Shown piece by piece: positions 58,614 through 64,000 of a DNA stretch of 64,000 nucleotides; the stretch's first letter is position 1, and every line of letters starts with the position of its first letter. This DNA is from Planctomycetota bacterium. GTDB lineage: Bacteria > Planctomycetota > GCA-002687715 > CAIWVZ01. The notes below the pieces were generated by a model. It did no database searches. It saw only the letters and a list, made by a program, of their open reading frames with translations, and was not told the DNA's origin. Made by a program: the position numbers and the translations under genes. The stretch covers positions 480,001-544,000 of the forward strand of contig JBGANV010000002.1 in NCBI GenBank assembly GCA_044222185.1, given 5' to 3'.

Positions 58614-59534
58614 TCAAAGCTTCACGTGGTGGCGCCAGACGGCCCGGGCGACGTCCGCCGTGACCCGCTGAGCCTCGTGTTCGTCGGCGAAGCCCTTCGT
58701 CAAAACGCACAAAACGAAGGGGGACGCGCCGGTTTCGCCGTTCGGGAAGACGATGGCCGCGTCGTGGAGGATCGCCGTGATCTGCCCGGTCTTGTGCGCG
58801 ACCCGCACGCCGGGCGGCAGGCCGGCGGGGATCTGATCGTTGAATTCCTGGCCGGAAAGAACGGTCATCATCTCGTCACACGCGCTGCGAGACGCGGCTG
58901 TACCGCGGGCGACGGCCACGAGGAGCGTCGCCATGTCGCGCGCCGTGGTCATGTTGTTCAGGCGATAGTCGAACGCCTTCTGATCCTCGACGCCGCGGCG
59001 GATCCGGGTCTGGGTGGCACCGAGCGCGTGCGCCGTTTCCTCGACCTTCGCGGCGCCGGCCCGCGCGATCAGGAGGTTCGTCGCGAGGTTGCTGCTCCGT
59101 CGAATCATGTGCCCGATGAGCTCGCGCGCCGACATGGACGCACCGACCTTCGTGTACATCTCGGCGTCGCTGTCGTCGGAGGCTGCCGTGCTGAACGGCG
59201 AGCCGTCGACCATGCTCGGAAACGAGTTCACGACCGGAATGGCCGCATCGAGATCGAACGAGCCTTCGTCGGCGCGACGGAACAGTTCGATCATCACGGG
59301 GAGCTTCATCAGGCTCGCCGCGTGGAGCTGGGTGTCGGCGTCGATCATCAGAACGCGATTGGATGCCAGGTCGACGTACGCCACGCTCACCGTGTGCTGG
59401 CGGTTTGCATTCACGATGGCGGCGACCTCGCGTCGCAGTTCGTCGTTCGGACCGTCCGGTGGCACGTGCCTCGTGGGCGCTGCGCAGGCGCCGAGCAACG
59501 ACAGCAGCGCGTACCCGACCAGCGAGATCCTCAT
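58614..59534 (-). CDS. Lipoprotein serine hydrolase, class A beta-lactamase/PBP-like
   Basis: Lipobox LLGA|C; SxxK (ASLMK), SxN (SSN), KTG; ATG overlaps the upstream TGA. Confidence 0.88.
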   Translation of the reverse strand: MRISLVGYALLSLLGACAAPTRHVPPDGPNDELRREVAAIVNANRQHTVSVAYVDLASNRVLMIDADTQLHAASLMKLPVMIELFRRADEGSFDLDAAIPVVNSFPSMVDGSPFSTAASDDSDAEMYTKVGASMSARELIGHMIRRSSNLATNLLIARAGAAKVEETAHALGATQTRIRRGVEDQKAFDYRLNNMTTARDMATLLVAVARGTAASRSACDEMMTVLSGQEFNDQIPAGLPPGVRVAHKTGQITAILHDAAIVFPNGETGASPFVLCVLTKGFADEHEAQRVTADVARAVWRHHVKL

Positions 59535-60613
59535 CACACGACCTCCAAGACGTCGACCCCCGGCAGCTTCGGGAACGGACGGTGAGGGAACGTCTGGTAC
59601 CAGAACGCCGTCGATGCGAGGTCGTCCTGTCGCAGGAGGAACTTCGTGGCACCCATGCGCCAACCGAGGCATTGGCACGTGACGCGCAAGTCCTTCTCGA
59701 AGCGGATCGGGTCCATCACGTGGAAGCGATAGAGACCGAATCGTTGCTGCGAGCGATACAGCCCGTTGGGGCGCAGTACCTGCGGCATGCCCGTGAACGG
59801 CGCGCTGAATTCGCGATAGGCGTGTTCGACCTCGAAGTTGTAGCTTCCGCCGAAGTAGTCCTCGGTCCCCGTCCCGCAGATCGTCGGGAACTCTCCATCG
59901 CCGTCCAGGTGGAACTTCACTTCGCCCTCGCCCCACCAGCCCTGGTTGTAGACGCCCCAGCACATGTAGGTGCCGACGTAGTGACCGCGTCCCTTCACGC
60001 CATCGAGGATCGTGTACACCTCGCCGCGCTTCACGGGGTTGTTGCGCCGCCATTGCGCGTGGAAGTAGGCGCAGTCCTTGGGCACCTCCGTCAGCGCATA
60101 GTCGATCTGGTAGAAGGCCGTCATCTCCTCCTCGGCGACGTTTTCGATGGTGATGCGGCAATGCTCGCGGAAGGGCATCTCCCAGTAGCAGTTGAACGCG
60201 CTGCCCGGGTTCACGTTGACGGGGAGCGCGTTCACCTGCGCGTACGTCCCCCAGCCCATGCAGAAGAAGTCGCCCGCAGGGACTTCGATCGAAGGGTGCT
60301 TGGCGCCGTCCCAGTAGACCCGAAGGATCGCGAAACGCCAGTGGCCCGTGAGGGTCATCCAGACGTGCTGGATCACGCCCGGCCCGTCGATGTTCGCGAT
60401 CTCGAGCGTCTTGCCGGCCGCGATCTTGTCGGAAGGTGAGATCTTCCAGCCGCGGCCCAGGTCCCGCGCCGCATGCGCGCCGGTCCCCTTCGTGGCCATT
60501 CCACCGCGGCCCTTGGCTCCGCTCCGGTTCTCCGCCGTGATCGACCGCGTCTTCGCTCGCGACAACCTGCTGAGGTTCCCCAGTCCCAATCCAAGTCCAT
60601 TCCATTCCGTCAT
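59534..60613 (-). CDS. DUF2961/glycoside hydrolase family 172 protein
   Basis: SITAEN.SG.KG.GG, GPGVIQHVW, FNCYWEMPF, WWGEGEVKF, GTGTEDYF, YRFH..DPI.F. Confidence 0.92.
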   Translation of the reverse strand: MTEWNGLGLGLGNLSRLSRAKTRSITAENRSGAKGRGGMATKGTGAHAARDLGRGWKISPSDKIAAGKTLEIANIDGPGVIQHVWMTLTGHWRFAILRVYWDGAKHPSIEVPAGDFFCMGWGTYAQVNALPVNVNPGSAFNCYWEMPFREHCRITIENVAEEEMTAFYQIDYALTEVPKDCAYFHAQWRRNNPVKRGEVYTILDGVKGRGHYVGTYMCWGVYNQGWWGEGEVKFHLDGDGEFPTICGTGTEDYFGGSYNFEVEHAYREFSAPFTGMPQVLRPNGLYRSQQRFGLYRFHVMDPIRFEKDLRVTCQCLGWRMGATKFLLRQDDLASTAFWYQTFPHRPFPKLPGVDVLEVV

Positions 60614-60792
60614 GGCTGGGATGATACCGGGTCGACGCGGCGAAGGGCTCGGGCGTCGCATCGTCCCAGGTGGCTCCGGCGGGAACCCGGTTTCCGCGCA
60701 CTGCGCGGGCCCAGCGGCTGTTCACCCAAGCCCCGAGCCAGTTACGATGCGGGCCGCCGCCTCATCGTCACGGCCGAACTTCGAGTCCCAAC

Positions 60793-62052
60793 ATGCTCCG
60801 ACTGGTGGAAGCACTGAACTTTCGATCGTTGCGATTCGTCCGTCAGGAGATGACGGGCCAATTCCACGTTCTCGTGGGACCGAACGCCAGTGGGAAGTCG
60901 ACGTTCCTCGGAGTGGTCCGTTTTCTTGGCGACTTGCTGGCAGACGGCCTCGAAGCGACTACGGAGCGGCTTACGCAGAACGCGTACGACCTGTTCTGGA
61001 TGAAGGCGACTCGCAGCTTCGAAGTCGCTGTCGAAATCGAGATCCCGAAAGAGCGGCGCCATCGGGGAGATGGGGGCGGCTGGGACCGCGCGAGGTATGA
61101 GGTCGGAATCGGTTTCACGGACGAAGGGGAGCTCGCGATCACCTCGGAGTCGCTTTGGTTGAAGCCAAGCGATCGGCCGGCGGCGCCCGTACAGAGGTCC
61201 TCGTTTCCTGACCCAGCCACACCACCCGATTCACTCTTTCTCCAAGAACGCAGGCACGCACCGAAGGGCTGGAAGCGCGTTGTCCTGAAAGCAGCCAGCG
61301 GTACCGACTACTTCGCGGCGGAGCGGACCGACTGGAAGATTCCGTTTCGGTTGGGACCGCGTCGTTTGGCGCTGGCGAACCTGCCAGAGGATGAGGACCG
61401 GTTTCCGATCGCGACCTGGGTGAAGCGCTTCCTGGTCGATGGGATTCAGTATCTGGCGTTGAACGGCGAAACGATGCGGCGTCCCTCGCCGCCCGGCCGA
61501 TCGGGTGGATTCCGCGGCGATGGGTCGAATCTTCCTTGGGCCATCGAGCAACTTCGACAAGCCAACGGCGAGCGGTTCGCGCGCTGGTGCGATCACATCC
61601 GCACAGCACTCCCCGATGTCGATGACATCGAGACCGTCGAGCGGGAAGAGGACAAACACCGTTACCTTCGAATTCGCTACGCCTCTGGCTTGACCGCGCC
61701 GTCCTGGGCCGTCTCAGATGGAACGCTTCGACTGCTTGCCCTGACGTTGCTTGCATACCTGCCGGGCGCCGATCGCATCTATCTCGTCGAGGAGCCCGAG
61801 AACGGCATTCATCCGCAAGCGGTGGAGACCGTATTCCAGTCGCTCGCCGGGATGCAAGGCAGTCAAGTCCTCTGTGCGACGCACTCGCCCGTCGTGCTTT
61901 CGCTCGCAGAGCCGTCGCAGCTCTTGTGTTTTGCGAAGTCGGCCGACGGTGCCACCGACATCGTCCGCGGTGATGAGCATCCGCGGCTACTCGAGTGGCG
62001 GCGGGATTCGGACCTCGGAGTGATCTTCGCTACGGGGATCCTTGGCGGATGA
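60793..62052 (+). CDS. ABC-type/AAA_21 ATPase, MADS MAD3-like
   Basis: Walker A GPNASGKST, signature VSDGTLR, Walker B LVEEPENGIHP, H-loop ATHSP; more AT-rich codon usage than neighbours. Confidence 0.88.
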   Translation: MLRLVEALNFRSLRFVRQEMTGQFHVLVGPNASGKSTFLGVVRFLGDLLADGLEATTERLTQNAYDLFWMKATRSFEVAVEIEIPKERRHRGDGGGWDRARYEVGIGFTDEGELAITSESLWLKPSDRPAAPVQRSSFPDPATPPDSLFLQERRHAPKGWKRVVLKAASGTDYFAAERTDWKIPFRLGPRRLALANLPEDEDRFPIATWVKRFLVDGIQYLALNGETMRRPSPPGRSGGFRGDGSNLPWAIEQLRQANGERFARWCDHIRTALPDVDDIETVEREEDKHRYLRIRYASGLTAPSWAVSDGTLRLLALTLLAYLPGADRIYLVEEPENGIHPQAVETVFQSLAGMQGSQVLCATHSPVVLSLAEPSQLLCFAKSADGATDIVRGDEHPRLLEWRRDSDLGVIFATGILGG

Positions 62053-62678
62053 CCCCGTTTCCGCGTGATCTGGTCGCCCTCGTACCGGACAACGACTACC
62101 AAGAGGCACTACGCGGGTTGCTCACGAAGCGGACGCTGAGTCTCCGCATTCGTCCGATCACGTTCACGATCCACAAGCACGCCCGCCACGATCCGGGTTG
62201 CTTCAACACCGCACCCGAGCTTCTCGCAGGCTTCCTTCGCGAGGCGCATCACGCCCTCGTCGTGTTCGATCACGAAGGCAGTGGCGCCGAGGCGATGGCC
62301 TGCGCGGACGCCGCTCATCATTTGCGCGAGCGTCTCGCGCGCAGGGGGTGGGGTGATCGCGCGGCAGTGGTCGTGGTCCAGCCAGAGATCGAGGTCTGGG
62401 TATGGGGCCCCTCTCCGCACGTCGAGCGCGTCGTGGGGTGGACTGACCGCCCGCAGTCACTCCGGGAATGGTTGAACGGCGCGGGGCGTTGGGCTCATGA
62501 GCTACCGAAGCCACCACGACCGAAAGAGTGCCTTCGTTTGGCCCTTTCCGAAACAGGCGTGCCGCCGTCCTCGGCGATTTTCCGCCAGCTGGCTGAGAAC
62601 GTGAGTGTCGAGGGGTGCACTGACCAAGCGTTCGGGCAGCTTGTGTCGATCCTTAGAGGCTGGTTCCCCCCTGCCTGA
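62049..62678 (+). CDS. MAD4-like (DUF4276/TOPRIM-like) protein
   Basis: ATGA overlap with the ATPase; DLVALV.D, HDPG, VVFDHEGSG, PEIEVWVW, KPPRPKE, C.D.AF..L...LRGWF pattern recalled from MAD4 proteins. Confidence 0.75.
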   Translation: MTPFPRDLVALVPDNDYQEALRGLLTKRTLSLRIRPITFTIHKHARHDPGCFNTAPELLAGFLREAHHALVVFDHEGSGAEAMACADAAHHLRERLARRGWGDRAAVVVVQPEIEVWVWGPSPHVERVVGWTDRPQSLREWLNGAGRWAHELPKPPRPKECLRLALSETGVPPSSAIFRQLAENVSVEGCTDQAFGQLVSILRGWFPPA

Positions 62679-63035
62679 CGTCAGGTCGCGCCCGCACCAC
62701 ATGCGGGCGCACTCCTGCATTGGGCGGACGCACGACACTCGCAGGGTGCCAATCATCGGTAAGGCTTACTGACACCGGACGGACCGGCCTCGGCGGACGT
62801 TGGTGGCGACGTTGGTGGTGGGGGGTGAGCCGACGGACTGGATCAGAACATCCGAGCCGACGTTGCGCGGCGTGTTCGAGGCGGTCAACCCGAAGGGCTG
62901 GCGGGCGCTCCCCAGTCCCGCCGAATTCGTCTGTCGCGCGGCGCCTCATTTGCTTCGGCAGGGAGATGTGGACTCCCTGCAACGATCCGAGCACGTGGCC
63001 GCGACGCTCATGCCGGCCGGTGGAGGCCCAACCGC

Positions 63036-64000
63036 ATGAGCGACGGATCGGATTCCACTCCAGTCGATTCGTCCAGTTCACGGCCCGCAGGTCGTCGCTC
63101 GCGTTGGCGATGGCTTCGCCGCGCGGGCGTCGGCGTGCTCGTGCTGCTCGTCGCGATCTATCTGCTGCGCGGACCGCTCCTCGCGCGGCCGCTCGCACGC
63201 CTCGTCGGGGATCGATTGAGCGGTGCCACGGGCCTGGTCGTCGAGGTCGATCGGGTCGACGGGACCCTTCTATCCGACGTGGTCCTGTCGGGCGTGCGGG
63301 CACGTGCATCGCACAGGACACTGCGCCGCATGGACTGCGACCGGGTGAGGGTGAGGTTCGACGTCGTGGACCTGCTGCGACGGGGACCACTCGCCGCGAT
63401 CCGCGCCATCGAAGCCCGTGGTGTCGACGTCGAACTCGACCCGACCGCGGTCGACGAGGCGGCGACCGAACCCGCCGTGGCGACCACCTCGAACTGGCTC
63501 GACTCGATCCCCGATCCGCTCCCGATCTCGTCGATCTCGGCGCGCGTTCAGTGGCGCGGAAACGGCGGCATTGGGCGTGCCAACGGGCTCACGCTGCGTG
63601 GCGATGGAGATCGAGTCGACGTCGAGGTGGAACGCCTCGACCTTCCGCGAGATGGCGTAGCCGGCGCGCCGCTGGCGTGCGGGCTCTCGATCGAGCGACT
63701 CGCTCCGCGTGAGTTCCGCGTCCGTTCGATCCGTCCGCTGGATGGATTGACGCTCGACGACGCACGAGTCGCCTTCCCCGCAGACGGTGGGGTCGCCGCG
63801 ACGTTCAGCGGCCGGCTTCGAAACTCGAGGATCGAGGGCGCGCTGCGCGAGCGGACACTGACGTGCCACACGGATGGTCTCGATCTGTCGGCGCTCCCAC
63901 GGTGGCTCGGCGACTTCCTGGGAACCGCCGACGAGCTCCCGCACGGCGGTACGCTCGCCGCAGATCTATCGGTCACGCCGCTCGGCGGCGCGATCGCGGA
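63036..64000 (+). CDS. TamB/AsmA-like membrane-anchored beta-rich protein, runs off the window end
   Basis: GGAGG RBS; hand translation MSDGSD...RRSRWRWLRRAGVGVLVLLVAIYLLRGPLL...LVVEVDRVDGTLLSDVVLSGVR; absent from the ORF track, consistent with no stop inside the window. Confidence 0.6.
   Translation, partial: MSDGSDSTPVDSSSSRPAGRRSRWRWLRRAGVGVLVLLVAIYLLRGPLLARPLARLVGDRLSGATGLVVEVDRVDGTLLSDVVLSGVRARASHRTLRRMDCDRVRVRFDVVDLLRRGPLAAIRAIEARGVDVELDPTAVDEAATEPAVATTSNWLDSIPDPLPISSISARVQWRGNGGIGRANGLTLRGDGDRVDVEVERLDLPRDGVAGAPLACGLSIERLAPREFRVRSIRPLDGLTLDDARVAFPADGGVAATFSGRLRNSRIEGALRERTLTCHTDGLDLSALPRWLGDFLGTADELPHGGTLAADLSVTPLGGAIA

Noticed and set aside
58614-59534. True antibiotic-resistance class A beta-lactamase
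   Set aside because: No canonical ExxLN omega-loop motif (RRGVED instead); more likely a PBP-like hydrolase.
59535-60725. Apparent 703-aa protein fusing an unknown N-terminus to the beta-lactamase domain
   Set aside because: The N-terminal part is an alternative frame of the GH172 gene; the lipoprotein signal starts at 59534.
62800-63039. 79-aa ORF overlapping the TamB-like start
   Set aside because: TTG start, no clear RBS or motif; insufficient support.
1-64000. CRISPR array, tRNA/rRNA, IS/integrase, DGR or retron
   Set aside because: No spaced direct repeats, cloverleafs, transposase, integrase or reverse-transcriptase motifs seen by eye; the repeats observed are protein-coding (FG-GAP, propeller, IPT).

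Overview
High-GC bacterial DNA, most consistent with an uncultured Planctomycetota lineage (inference from the TPR-fused Ser/Thr kinase, ECF sigma factor, RNase HIII and large secreted repeat proteins). About 42 CDS are supported; I found no rRNA, tRNA, CRISPR array or IS element. Housekeeping and accessory genes include recQ, rnhC, a beta-CASP nuclease, an LpxO-like hydroxylase, a DUF374 acyltransferase, M48 and MA-type peptidases, a SagB-type oxidase, a GH172 glycosidase, a class A-like serine hydrolase, a MAD3/MAD4-like ATPase pair and a partial TamB/AsmA-like gene. These are interspersed with 11 large secreted modular proteins: beta-helix, FG-GAP, astacin, IPT/TIG, lamin-tail, nidogen-like and lysyl-oxidase-like. 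The main unexplained signals are: (1) a shared ~110-140 aa module, usually C-terminal, on 10 secreted proteins with largely unrelated cargo domains, a candidate sorting or surface-anchoring domain; (2) Gln at +1 after 12 predicted SPase I sites (Bacteroidota-style Q-rule); (3) a lysyl-oxidase-like domain without the Cu-His triad, next to a Tat-exported flavo-oxidase; (4) a stand-alone MAD3/MAD4-like pair; (5) a recurrent TAnnnT-N6-8-start leaderless signature. All family assignments are by visual motif recognition, not database search.
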